DNA of 34,812 nt from Bdellovibrionota bacterium (GCA_044356295.1 JBIKWN010000022.1:1-34812); one strand, 5' to 3'. Positions 20,317-28,967 are shown, counted from the stretch's first letter. The notes: a model not told the origin generated them from the sequence alone. Numbers and translations are program-made.

Positions 20317-20406
20317 AATCTTCTCCTTCCAAAAAATTGAGTAGGTCTATGGAAGTTAGTATGAAAAAAATAAGAATAAAGTAAAATTATCTATAAAAAT
20401 GAACAT

Positions 20407-20447
20407 AAAAAACCCCTGATTGTTGGAATTAACAACAGTCAGGGGTT
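20407..20447 (-). terminator. Intrinsic terminator of the FKBP gene
   Basis: Minus strand AACCCCTGACTGTTG-loop-CAACAATCAGGGG-TTTTTT. Confidence 0.85.
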
Positions 20448-20467
20448 GTAATAGAAGAAATTAAAAA

Positions 20468-20905
20468 CTATTTAATTCCAATAAGCTCAACATCAAAGAT
20501 AAGCTCTGCATTACCAGGGATTGCACCTGGTGCGCCACGTGAGCCGTATCCTAGTTCTGAAGGAATTATTAAAGTTCTTTTACCACCAACTTTCATTCCG
20601 GCAACACCTTCATCCCAACCTTTAATTACTTGTCCAACACCGAGTGAAAATGTGAAGGGCTCATTTCGGTCGAAAGAACTATCAAATTTAGAACCTTTAG
20701 CTCCAGCATTACTTAAATAACCACTGTAATGAACAATTACTTTTTGACCGTGACTTGCAACGGCTCCATCACCAATTGTTGTATCCTCATATTTAAGACC
20801 AGAGGGAGTTTGTTTAATTTCAGCTTCAGCTTGTGTATTCATAATAAAAATTCCTATGACAAGTAAAATAGACAGTACAATATTTTGTTTTTTTAATAGT
20901 TTCAT
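20468..20905 (-). CDS. FKBP-type peptidyl-prolyl cis-trans isomerase with signal peptide
   Basis: [40 protein letters not shown]; basic and hydrophobic N-terminus ending AEA. Confidence 0.95.
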   Translation of the reverse strand: MKLLKKQNIVLSILLVIGIFIMNTQAEAEIKQTPSGLKYEDTTIGDGAVASHGQKVIVHYSGYLSNAGAKGSKFDSSFDRNEPFTFSLGVGQVIKGWDEGVAGMKVGGKRTLIIPSELGYGSRGAPGAIPGNAELIFDVELIGIK

Positions 20906-20972
20906 ATATCAAAATTGTAAAAAAAATCGAAACCCACTTTACGAGGGCGGATAAAAGAGTATCATTTCTGTA

Positions 20973-21383
20973 ATGGGGCACAATATCGAACTTCTTCCAA
21001 AGTACATTGAAACAACAAGAGATATCCGCATCACCGTAAGCCCTGAATATATTCCAGAAGCTTCAGATGAGTCCTCTGGGCAATATGCCTTTGCCTATCA
21101 TGTTAAAATCGAAAATCTTGGTGTTGAAACAGTTCAGTTGATTGAGCGACATTGGAAGATCTACTCTGCCGGCAAACAAATCGGAGAAGTTGTAGGCCCT
21201 GGTGTTGTTGGGCACCAACCTGTGCTTGCCGAAGGTGGGACTTTTGAGTATACGAGTGGCTCAGAGATTAAGGACCATGATGGCTTTATGGAGGGGACAT
21301 ATAGCTTTCAGGGGTTAGATGGACGGCTGTTTTTGGTTGTGATTCCAAGATTCTATTTAATTTATCCTGGTGTGATTAATTAA
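20973..21383 (+). CDS. apaG: ApaG protein
   Basis: YAFAYHVKIEN, VQLIERHWKI, EVVGPGVVGHQPVL, FEYTSG, MEGTY. Confidence 0.95.
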   Translation: MGHNIELLPKYIETTRDIRITVSPEYIPEASDESSGQYAFAYHVKIENLGVETVQLIERHWKIYSAGKQIGEVVGPGVVGHQPVLAEGGTFEYTSGSEIKDHDGFMEGTYSFQGLDGRLFLVVIPRFYLIYPGVIN

Positions 21384-21384
21384 A

Positions 21385-21474
21385 GCCCGTGACCGTGACC
21401 GTGACCGTGACCGTGAGCGTAGGCGTGAGCGTGACCGAAACATGTGGCTCACGCTCACGCTCAAGGTCACGGGC
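21385..21474. repeat. Hexamer-built palindromic repeat, copy 1
   Basis: Perfect 10-bp terminal IR GCCCGTGACC/GGTCACGGGC; arms built of CGTGAC/CGTGAG/CGTAGG units and their complements. Confidence 0.9.
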
Positions 21475-21507
21475 AAGGGAAGAATGTTACCATCCCTAAA
21501 AAATGAT

Positions 21508-21547
21508 AAAAAAAAGCCGCCCCAAAACTTTAACATTTTAGAGCGGC
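21508..21547 (-). terminator. Intrinsic terminator of ahcY
   Basis: Minus strand GCCGCTCTAAAA-loop-TTTTGGGGCGGC-TTTTTTTT. Confidence 0.85.
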
Positions 21548-21572
21548 AAGGAATAAACCCTACAACAAAATC

Positions 21573-22871
21573 TTAGTAACGATAATGCTCAGGTTTAAAT
21601 GGTCCTTCTTTCTTAACACCAAGGTATTTTGCTTGAGCATCTGTAAGCTCAGTTAGTGCAACACCAAGTTTCCCAAGGTGAAGTTTTGCAACTTTTTCAT
21701 CCAAAGATTTTGGAAGAATATGAAGTCCGATTGGATACTGTCCACGTTTTGTATACAGCTCAATCTGCGCAAGTACTTGGTTAGAGAATGAAGTCGACAT
21801 TACAAAACTTGGGTGACCAGTTCCGCAACCAAGGTTAACAAGTCGTCCTCTTGCAAGTACGATGAGCGATCGTCCGTTACTTAGAACAAACTTATCTACT
21901 TGTGGCTTGATGTTAATTTCTTTTGCATTTTTCTCGAGCCAAGCGATTTCAATCTCATTATCAAAGTGACCGATGTTGCAAAGGATTGCATCATCTTTCA
22001 TAAGTGGGAAATGTTTTGAAGTAATAACATCTAAGTTACCAGTCGCAGTAACAAAGATATCTGAAATGGATGCAGCAGTTTCCATAGTAACAACTTGAAA
22101 CCCTTCCATTGAAGCTTGAAGTGCATTGATCGGATCGATTTCAGTAATCAAAACACGTGCACCGTAACTTTTCATTGAATGAGCGCAGCCTTTACCAACA
22201 TCGCCGTATCCAGCAACGCAAACTACTTTACCAGCGATCATGATGTCAGTTGCTCTTTTGATTCCATCTGCAAGTGATTCACGGCAACCATAAAGGTTAT
22301 CGAATTTTGATTTAGTCACAGAGTCATTGACGTTAAATGCTGGCATTTTGAGTTGACCTTTCTGATGCATTTCGAATAAACGATGAACACCAGTTGTTGT
22401 TTCTTCAGAAACACCAAATATATCTGCTAAGAGGTGAGGGAATTTTTCGTGGATCATCAATGTAGCATCGCCGCCATCATCAAGAATCATGTTTGGACCT
22501 TTGTCGCCAAACATAAGGGTTTGTTCAATACACCAGTCGTACTCTTCAAGAGTTTCACCTTTCCATGCAAATACTGGTATTCCAGCTTTTGCAATTGCAG
22601 CAGCAGCGTGATCTTGTGTTGAATAGATATTGCATGAAGACCAACGAACTTCTGCACCAAGATCGATTAATGTTTCGATAAGTACAGCAGTTTGGATTGT
22701 CATGTGAAGGCACCCAGTAATACGAGCGCCTTTCAATGGTTGTGCAGCTTTGAACTCAGCACGAATTGCCATAAGTCCTGGCATCTCTTTCTCTGCCATT
22801 ACTATTTCTTTTCGTCCCCACTCTGCGAGCGACATGTCTGCGACTTTATAGTCAACGCGATCATTTTTCAT
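21573..22871 (-). CDS. ahcY: S-adenosyl-L-homocysteine hydrolase (adenosylhomocysteinase)
   Basis: [58 protein letters not shown]. Confidence 0.99.
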   Translation of the reverse strand: MKNDRVDYKVADMSLAEWGRKEIVMAEKEMPGLMAIRAEFKAAQPLKGARITGCLHMTIQTAVLIETLIDLGAEVRWSSCNIYSTQDHAAAAIAKAGIPVFAWKGETLEEYDWCIEQTLMFGDKGPNMILDDGGDATLMIHEKFPHLLADIFGVSEETTTGVHRLFEMHQKGQLKMPAFNVNDSVTKSKFDNLYGCRESLADGIKRATDIMIAGKVVCVAGYGDVGKGCAHSMKSYGARVLITEIDPINALQASMEGFQVVTMETAASISDIFVTATGNLDVITSKHFPLMKDDAILCNIGHFDNEIEIAWLEKNAKEINIKPQVDKFVLSNGRSLIVLARGRLVNLGCGTGHPSFVMSTSFSNQVLAQIELYTKRGQYPIGLHILPKSLDEKVAKLHLGKLGVALTELTDAQAKYLGVKKEGPFKPEHYRY

Positions 22872-22875
22872 TTGA

Positions 22876-23850
22876 TTATGTTCCTTGTTTAGTTTTAGGT
22901 TTTACCCCAGTAATTAAATACGTTTGTTTCGAAAGACTGTGCTCTTCACTGATTTGAAACCCTGCAGTGACGAGCCATTTCTTAAGATCTTGTTTTTCAA
23001 AGCTACTCCATACGCTTGGAAGAGAGGAATCAAGCGAGGGTGCTGATATTGAATCAGGAATAGCTGCGTTTTCCAGTTCAACAATAATTAATCGTCCGTC
23101 TTTTTTAAGAGCGCGGTAGGTGTCAGAAAAAACTTTTAGCGGGTCTGTTATGTGATGGAGGACCATGTAAGAAACTGCAACATCAATTTCTTCATCAGCA
23201 ACTGGTAAATGCTCAAGGTGTCCCAGACGTAGCTCGACACTTTGTGCAAGTGAACCAAGATTTTTTTTCGCTGCATCAAGCATTGGCTGAGAATAATCTA
23301 CAGCTATCGTTTTTCCGACACGCGGGAGGATAACATCAAGGAAAGCTCCAGCACCACAACCAAGTTCAAGGAGTGATTCTTTTGGACTAATACGTTTTTG
23401 AACTTCATGAGCATACGAATCAGCAGTATGCATTTCGTCACGAAGTGCTTTCCAATCAGCCGCGATGGAATCAAAGAAGTTTTTAGTAGCAGTTCTTTTT
23501 TCAGCAAGAATTTTTTTTAACTCTTCAGTATCAGTGGATAATCGATGTGAGAGTCCATTTGAAAGATTATTTGCAAATTCGGATATGAACTGATGAGCAA
23601 GATGGGCTCCGGAATCTTTTGAAACTTTATCGTCTAATGGGAATAGGTTGTAATAAATCCAGGTTCCACTTTTTTGAGGTTGCACCATTTGAGCTTGAGC
23701 AAGGACTTTTAAATGGTGGCTAACAGTAGATTGCCCAAGTCCAAGAATTCGAGTGAGATCTTGAACACTCAAAGATGCATGCTGCAACAAGCTAAGTACT
23801 CGAAGCCGCGATTCATCGGCAAGAGCTTTATATGCATCAATAATTGACAT
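22876..23850 (-). CDS. ArsR-family regulator fused to a SAM-binding methyltransferase-like domain (SahR-like)
   Basis: N-terminal [12 protein letters not shown]...[15 protein letters not shown]-terminal [21 protein letters not shown]; 4 bp upstream of ahcY. Confidence 0.92.
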   Translation of the reverse strand: MSIIDAYKALADESRLRVLSLLQHASLSVQDLTRILGLGQSTVSHHLKVLAQAQMVQPQKSGTWIYYNLFPLDDKVSKDSGAHLAHQFISEFANNLSNGLSHRLSTDTEELKKILAEKRTATKNFFDSIAADWKALRDEMHTADSYAHEVQKRISPKESLLELGCGAGAFLDVILPRVGKTIAVDYSQPMLDAAKKNLGSLAQSVELRLGHLEHLPVADEEIDVAVSYMVLHHITDPLKVFSDTYRALKKDGRLIIVELENAAIPDSISAPSLDSSLPSVWSSFEKQDLKKWLVTAGFQISEEHSLSKQTYLITGVKPKTKQGT

Positions 23851-23862
23851 TAAGGTAACTAT

Positions 23863-23882
23863 ATATCGATATATGTAGATAT
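23863..23882. promoter_or_regulatory. Candidate SahR-type autoregulatory operator ATATC-N10-GATAT
   Basis: ATATCGATATATGTAGATAT, 20 bp, 12 bp upstream of the regulator's ATG; a further half-site ATATCAAG at 23881. Confidence 0.6.
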
Positions 23883-23923
23883 ATCAAGATATATTTTATA
23901 ATGAGTATTTTCAGTAAGTTAGG

Positions 23924-23970
23924 ATGAAAGGTCTCAGAGACCTTTCATTAAGTCGCAGAGACATTTCATT
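23924..23970. promoter_or_regulatory. Perfect 25-bp palindrome plus a third half-site copy in a divergent intergenic region
   Basis: ATGAAAGGTCTC-A-GAGACCTTTCAT (23924-23948); CAGAGACCTTTCATT (23935) recurs as CAGAGACATTTCATT (23956). Confidence 0.55.
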
Positions 23971-24080
23971 GCGATGATTTTAGTTCGGAAACTAGCTTAG
24001 TGGTGGTATATCTTTTAACCTCTAACTGATTCATAAAAAGAATCGGTTAAAAAAATTGTAGTAACTAAGTAGTACCACCA

Positions 24081-25997
24081 ATGAGCTTTGAACCTGAAGT
24101 GCAACATAATAAATATGAAGTTGCATCATCTTCCTTAGTCGCAGAGCTTGGAAAAGTTTCTCCAGTAGAACTGTTGAGAAACTTGCATGATGAAATTGAA
24201 ACGAAATTTCCGAAGTTTGATGCAAAACTTACTCGAAAAGAAGAATTTTATTATGAAGCACTATATGCGCAACGTGAGGAACTTCGTGCTGCAATAGCAG
24301 TCCTCTATGCAAAGAGTGGTGATTGGAAGAAGTTTCAAGAAGAGCTAGATTCATGTTTTTCGAAGGGGCTTATATGCGCTGTTATTCTTGAAAGTTTTCC
24401 TTTCGCTGAAAAACAATATGAAGAGGCGGGTCGTTCTGAAGGATTAGCGACCTTAGTTGCTGCAAGTGCAAATACGTTGAAAACATGTCAAGAAAGTTGG
24501 CCAGGAAATGGTCATGCTGTTGTATCGTATTGTTTAGAATACTTACGACTCACTGACCGTAGTGAAGTGAATGCTGTTACAATTTTTCTAGATTCATTAC
24601 AAAAACAATTTGATCCTGCTGTCGGCAGTAGCCTTTCAACGATTAGCTATATTCTCACCGGAGAAGCGTTCGATGATCAGCTTGAGGAAGGTGACAGTAC
24701 CTCTAATCAAAACATCATTGAAGAGCAATTTCTTGATTATGAAACACCACATCCTTCGTTACTTGCTGCAAATATTTCAGGAGTATTTGGTACGGTTGAA
24801 CAATTTGATGATTATTGCCCCATTGAAGTAATTGATGCTAGGCAATCATTAGTTGACCTTATGAAAAAAATACCAGTATGGTATCGAAGGTTAGAAGAGC
24901 AATATATAGAGACTCAAGACGACTCATCAGCTAAATATGAACTGATCTATGAAAGTACAGAACTATTTCACACATTGCTGAGAGTACTTAATGTTTTTGC
25001 AGGACAAGAAAGAAATAGTGAGGCAGCAATAGTTTTGGAAGTATTGGAAAAGGTCCTTCCGGAAGATTCTTTATCTGAACATATTGATTTTGAAGCTCAT
25101 GCCAGAATTCATGCAGGGCTTGTTGTTGTTGCTGAGCAGATAGCTCAAAGATCAGAGGAATATACCGAGTTAAAAAGTAAAATAGATGCTCGATCAGAGA
25201 TGATTTTTGAAAAGTTAGAAAGTTTGTCCGATGTCGAATTGAAAGCTCGTATCCTGACTGGACTTTTCAAAGGTTATATTCTTTATTCTAAAGAATTTTA
25301 TAGAGTAGCTTGTGAACTGAAAGACGATGAAAAAAAAGGTGTATCACTCAATTGTAATGATCAATTTATAAAAACTTTGGTCGGAGTTGCCTTAGACTTC
25401 GTTGAAGATCCTAACCAGAAACTAAATGGCACAATTCGTACCCTCTCGAATATAAAATCGTTAGAACAACGAGCACTTCTGCATTTTCAACTTTCTGATT
25501 TCGCACAAATGTCAGGTAATTTTGCTTTACATGACGAGCAAATGAGTATTTTTACAGAATTAACTCTTTCGAACATAAAAAATCATGGAGTGTCGTATGT
25601 TGACTATGATGATGAAGGTCCGGCTGAGACTCTTTTATCTGAACTTGAGGAATTAATCGAGCGTGATGAACTTGAAAAGGCGATGGATATCGCTCGGGAT
25701 ATTTACAAAGCATTATTTTTTGTAAAACTTGATGAAGATTTATTCTTAGAAGATATGGAAGAGCCCGAGAATGATTATGACGATGAGGAACTCACATTCT
25801 TTCATCCTCAAAAAGGTATCGAAGAGATGAAGATAAGATTTATGACTCTTGCAGCTTCAGCAGGTTTTTTAGAGTTAGCAAAAGATGCGTACGAAAGTTG
25901 TTTGCTTACAACTGATTCACAAGATGATCGATTTGAACTTTTTATGACTTACATCAAATCATTCCCAATGAATGATGATGCAATGTCATTATCTTAA
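24081..25997 (+). CDS. Large acidic, probably all-helical hypothetical protein (638 aa)
   Basis: Long ORF rich in E/D/L, with acidic tracts such as DEDLFLEDMEEPENDYDDEE; no catalytic motif recognised. Confidence 0.8.
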   Translation: MSFEPEVQHNKYEVASSSLVAELGKVSPVELLRNLHDEIETKFPKFDAKLTRKEEFYYEALYAQREELRAAIAVLYAKSGDWKKFQEELDSCFSKGLICAVILESFPFAEKQYEEAGRSEGLATLVAASANTLKTCQESWPGNGHAVVSYCLEYLRLTDRSEVNAVTIFLDSLQKQFDPAVGSSLSTISYILTGEAFDDQLEEGDSTSNQNIIEEQFLDYETPHPSLLAANISGVFGTVEQFDDYCPIEVIDARQSLVDLMKKIPVWYRRLEEQYIETQDDSSAKYELIYESTELFHTLLRVLNVFAGQERNSEAAIVLEVLEKVLPEDSLSEHIDFEAHARIHAGLVVVAEQIAQRSEEYTELKSKIDARSEMIFEKLESLSDVELKARILTGLFKGYILYSKEFYRVACELKDDEKKGVSLNCNDQFIKTLVGVALDFVEDPNQKLNGTIRTLSNIKSLEQRALLHFQLSDFAQMSGNFALHDEQMSIFTELTLSNIKNHGVSYVDYDDEGPAETLLSELEELIERDELEKAMDIARDIYKALFFVKLDEDLFLEDMEEPENDYDDEELTFFHPQKGIEEMKIRFMTLAASAGFLELAKDAYESCLLTTDSQDDRFELFMTYIKSFPMNDDAMSLS

Positions 25998-26002
25998 ATT
26001 TT

Positions 26003-26081
26003 TCCCGTGACCGTGACCATGAGCGTAGGCGTGAGCTAAGAATTTTTGGTCACGCTCACGCCTACGCGCAAGGTCACGGGA
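26003..26081. repeat. Hexamer-built palindromic repeat, copy 2
   Basis: Perfect terminal IR TCCCGTGACC/GGTCACGGGA; inner 14-bp IR GCGTAGGCGTGAGC/GCTCACGCCTACGC. Confidence 0.9.
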
Positions 26082-26120
26082 TATGAATATAAATTTGGTT
26101 AATGCTCTATGTATGAAAAT

Positions 26121-26187
26121 AAAAAAAGGTGTGGTTGAGGATGCAAGAAAAGGTTTTAAAACCTTAAAAAGAAAAACCTCAAACCAC
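26121..26187 (-). terminator. Possible terminator of the 138-aa gene
   Basis: GTGGTTGAGG...CCTCAAACCAC stem around the palindrome AAGGTTTTAAAACCTT, followed on the minus strand by ACCTTTTTTT. Confidence 0.4.
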
Positions 26188-26801
26188 AGAAAGACCTAGC
26201 TTTGCTCTTATGGAGTTTGGCTAGGTTGAGGGGACTTCGCATTCTTTGCAGAAGTAGAAACCCACTCAACGATCACGTAAACCAAAAAGACCAAAACCGT
26301 GCCATACAAGGCAACGTTTGAGATCTTTCCAGCTTCTACCAAATTCAAACCTCCAGACTGGGACATAAATCCAAATCCAGGGTTTGAAGACGGCATCACT
26401 TTTGCCGGAATTCCCAAAAGAAATCCTGCAAAGAAGATGCCGCAAGTGATCGCCCAAGGGCTCGAAAGAATCGAGCCCCTGAAAGCGAACGCCAGAGTCA
26501 TGGCGCAAAGCATGCAAGTCCAGAAGGACTCCATGCCTTTTGCACCAAGAAAGCTGGTCCAAAAACCAGCAATGACGAGAGCAGTCAGCAAGCTGACCGC
26601 GAGGAACGTGAGGGTGTTCTTCATGGTAGTACCATCCGTGGCGTGAAATCAGATCGGGTAACATCCTGTCGTCCGATTAATACCAGCAAGCTCTTAAAAA
26701 AATCCCTTTTTAGAATGAATTGAAAAACTTGATGGTATCAACCAGATCCAGAAATGCCCGATCGGAAAAAAACATTAATTCTTTTCTTGCATCTCAACCG
26801 C
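26131..26801. repeat. Imperfect ~21-bp inverted repeats bracketing the 138-aa gene
   Basis: GTGGTTGAGGATGCAAGAAAAG (26131-26152) versus the reverse complement of 26781-26801, GCGGTTGA-GATGCAAGAAAAG (20 matches, 1 mismatch, 1 gap). Confidence 0.6.
26208..26624 (-). CDS. Small integral membrane protein (about 4 TM helices), unknown function
   Basis: Four hydrophobic stretches; SD-like GGATGG upstream; GC-richer than its neighbours. Confidence 0.7.
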   Translation of the reverse strand: MKNTLTFLAVSLLTALVIAGFWTSFLGAKGMESFWTCMLCAMTLAFAFRGSILSSPWAITCGIFFAGFLLGIPAKVMPSSNPGFGFMSQSGGLNLVEAGKISNVALYGTVLVFLVYVIVEWVSTSAKNAKSPQPSQTP

Positions 26802-26846
26802 TCGTTTCAAATTAAAGACAAAGCACTTTGAAGTGAGCGGTTGAGA
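26792..26846. other. Strong intergenic hairpin
   Basis: Perfect 12-bp IR TCTCAACCGCTC/GAGCGGTTGAGA extended by GTTTCAAA/TTTGAAGT. Confidence 0.7.
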
Positions 26847-26993
26847 CGATATCTTCTACTCGGTAATAATTTTATAGAGTTATGTAAGAAAAATCACGGC
26901 TGTGACATAAGATAAAACTGGCGGTTTCCCTATAAACCAGTTGTAAGTGTCTGTTTTAACGAGGAAAAAGCCCATTGTAGTGACGGCAATACC

Positions 26994-28172
26994 TCAAACA
27001 GCCGAACAGATCTTTAAAAGAATTTCGACATCTGACTCAGTTTGATACAAACCAAATCCAAACCTCAGGCAATCTCCTCGAACATCGGTAATAACACGTT
27101 TCGCAAGAAGCGCTTCATGAATTTTTTTAGCAGCTTGAGTTTTAAATGTTAGAAAATGAGCATGATGATTAAGGTTATGATTGACGAGCGATTGCTGGTT
27201 TATGAAAGGATGATTAATGAGTTTTAATCCATCAAGAAAACATCCCTGCATTTTTTGAATGTAAGAATGAATAACTTCAGTAGTTAATTTATTTTCTTCA
27301 AACATCCGCATGACTGCATTGAGTCTATAGATTCCACTCGGATCGAAAGTCGCGCCCCAAAATCGGAATGCTCCATCATCATACTGAACTTTTTTCCCAG
27401 TCCCATTTTGTAAATCTTCAAGTGATCCAAATGAAGCGAACCATCCAGTATTTCCAGGACGCATTAAGCAGTTATTCGGTATATGCATAAAGCAAGCACC
27501 TTCACCTGATTGAGCATATTTATAGCATCCTGAAAGATAGAATACTTGGGATTCTATTTCTTTGAGATTCGTTGGTAGTGCGCAAAAACCGTGATAGCCA
27601 TCAATCACTACGGCGCCGTGAGTTGTGCCTAATTTTTGAACAAATGATGAAATATCATCGATTACATATCCGAGAGCAAAGAATACTTGGCTTGAAAATA
27701 CGAGGTCGTATCGTTTTTTTTGTGCTGCTTCTGTAAACCTAGTTTCAAAAGTATTGAAAGGCTCAACAGGAATTTCATCAACTGAAAAGAAAGAATACTC
27801 TTTCATTCGTTCAATTTGTCTTTTGAAGCTATGAAACTCACCATCGGTAGTCAGAACAGAAATTTTGGAGCCGGGCTCAAAGCATGAAAACAGCCTTACG
27901 ATAAACTCATGTGTATTCGGTGCAAAACAGATCTGGCTCGGTGTCGAGAGATTGAGGATTTTGGAAATACCAAGCTGAGCTTCAGGTATGATTTTTCCAA
28001 AGATGTGGTCCCATTTTTGGTCAGCAAAACGTGCTGAGTCATCCCAATACTGAACCTGTGCTTCTCGGGTGACGTCTGGCCAAAGATGATGGCTGTGCGC
28101 AGCAAAATGGAGTCTTTCTGGGTCTGCGTTGAGGAATCGTGAATAGAGATGTTTATACATTTTATCGCTCAC
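26994..28172 (-). CDS. Class V PLP-dependent enzyme, probable atypical kynureninase
   Basis: PNTHE, DGEFHS, VIDGYH, PLP-lysine motif SGCYKYAQSGEG (compare kynureninase GCxYKYLNGGPG), GWFA, D.RG..LRFG; divergent from the TDO operon. Confidence 0.75.
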   Translation of the reverse strand: MSDKMYKHLYSRFLNADPERLHFAAHSHHLWPDVTREAQVQYWDDSARFADQKWDHIFGKIIPEAQLGISKILNLSTPSQICFAPNTHEFIVRLFSCFEPGSKISVLTTDGEFHSFKRQIERMKEYSFFSVDEIPVEPFNTFETRFTEAAQKKRYDLVFSSQVFFALGYVIDDISSFVQKLGTTHGAVVIDGYHGFCALPTNLKEIESQVFYLSGCYKYAQSGEGACFMHIPNNCLMRPGNTGWFASFGSLEDLQNGTGKKVQYDDGAFRFWGATFDPSGIYRLNAVMRMFEENKLTTEVIHSYIQKMQGCFLDGLKLINHPFINQQSLVNHNLNHHAHFLTFKTQAAKKIHEALLAKRVITDVRGDCLRFGFGLYQTESDVEILLKICSAV

Positions 28173-28235
28173 TGTATGAATATTGAAATCTTGATGGGGT
28201 TATTATTCATTTAAATTCCTACTCTAGTATGGTAA

Positions 28236-28967
28236 TTGTCTGGAATGCCATATGTTCTGTGCCCACCTATCCATATAAAGCTTCCAGGTCTCTGGGGTGA
28301 GGGTGCACCTTTTTCTTCAGAAGTAATATATGACATTACGAGCACTGACCTCAGGCATCCTCCCGTTCACTACAATTCCTACACTATAAAGCCTCACAGT
28401 ATTCCACATATTGATGCTCCAGGTCACATTATTCCTCATGGCAAAACGGTTGATTTTTTCTTCCACGGAAAGGGAATGAATTCCTTTTTTGGAGAAACTG
28501 CTGTCGTAAAGCTCACAGGTGAAAAATGGCAACGTCTAGAAACAGAAAGTAAACAGTGGTTATGGCGAATCTCTAAAAACGATCTTCAAGAAGCTTGTTA
28601 TCGAATTTTTAGTGAAACGAAGGCCCCACAGAAAATATTTATTACGGCTGAGTCTGCTCCAATCACTGAGTATGGATTTCATGATTCACAATACATTCTT
28701 GTGCTCAGCGAAGAGGCAGCTCAGTGGCTCATATCCATTCCAGGATTTAATGCGTTTGGCACTTCTTGGAAATCGAGCGATTTTGAACCATCAAGTCGGG
28801 AGCGACCTATTCATAAAATTCTTTTTTCTCAGGCAATTTTATTTGAGCAACTTAAATTAGACGAAGTACCAGAAGGAATCTTTTGGTTATCTGCATTTCC
28901 ACTCTTCTTACAAGGTGCAACAGAGTCGCCTGTAACCCCAGTCTTATTTCGAAAGGATGAACTATGA
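28236..28967 (+). CDS. Cyclase-family metal hydrolase, probable kynurenine formamidase (KynB-like); true start may be ATG 28245
   Basis: HSIPHIDAPGH (variant of HxGTHxDxPxH), PIHKIL, ILFEQL, GATESPV; ATGA overlap with TDO. Confidence 0.78.
   Translation: MSGMPYVLCPPIHIKLPGLWGEGAPFSSEVIYDITSTDLRHPPVHYNSYTIKPHSIPHIDAPGHIIPHGKTVDFFFHGKGMNSFFGETAVVKLTGEKWQRLETESKQWLWRISKNDLQEACYRIFSETKAPQKIFITAESAPITEYGFHDSQYILVLSEEAAQWLISIPGFNAFGTSWKSSDFEPSSRERPIHKILFSQAILFEQLKLDEVPEGIFWLSAFPLFLQGATESPVTPVLFRKDEL

Noticed and set aside
21385..21474. CRISPR array or coding repeat interpretation of the hexamer repeats
   Set aside because: No repeat-spacer periodicity, no cas genes, no credible ORF; it is a self-complementary tandem hexamer element
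23930..23942. Facing BsaI sites (GGTCTC-A-GAGACC) suggesting a synthetic cloning scar
   Set aside because: The palindrome extends beyond the sites and has a degenerate third copy; no vector sequence nearby
26266..26664. Overlapping 132-aa (minus) and 115-aa (plus) ORFs over the membrane gene
   Set aside because: Compositions look like off-frame translations; open frames are explained by higher local GC
26625..26993. Known riboswitch or Trp attenuator in this structured intergenic region
   Set aside because: No riboswitch consensus or Trp-rich leader peptide recognised by eye, and it lies downstream of the PLP enzyme gene; an Rfam scan would be needed to exclude it fully
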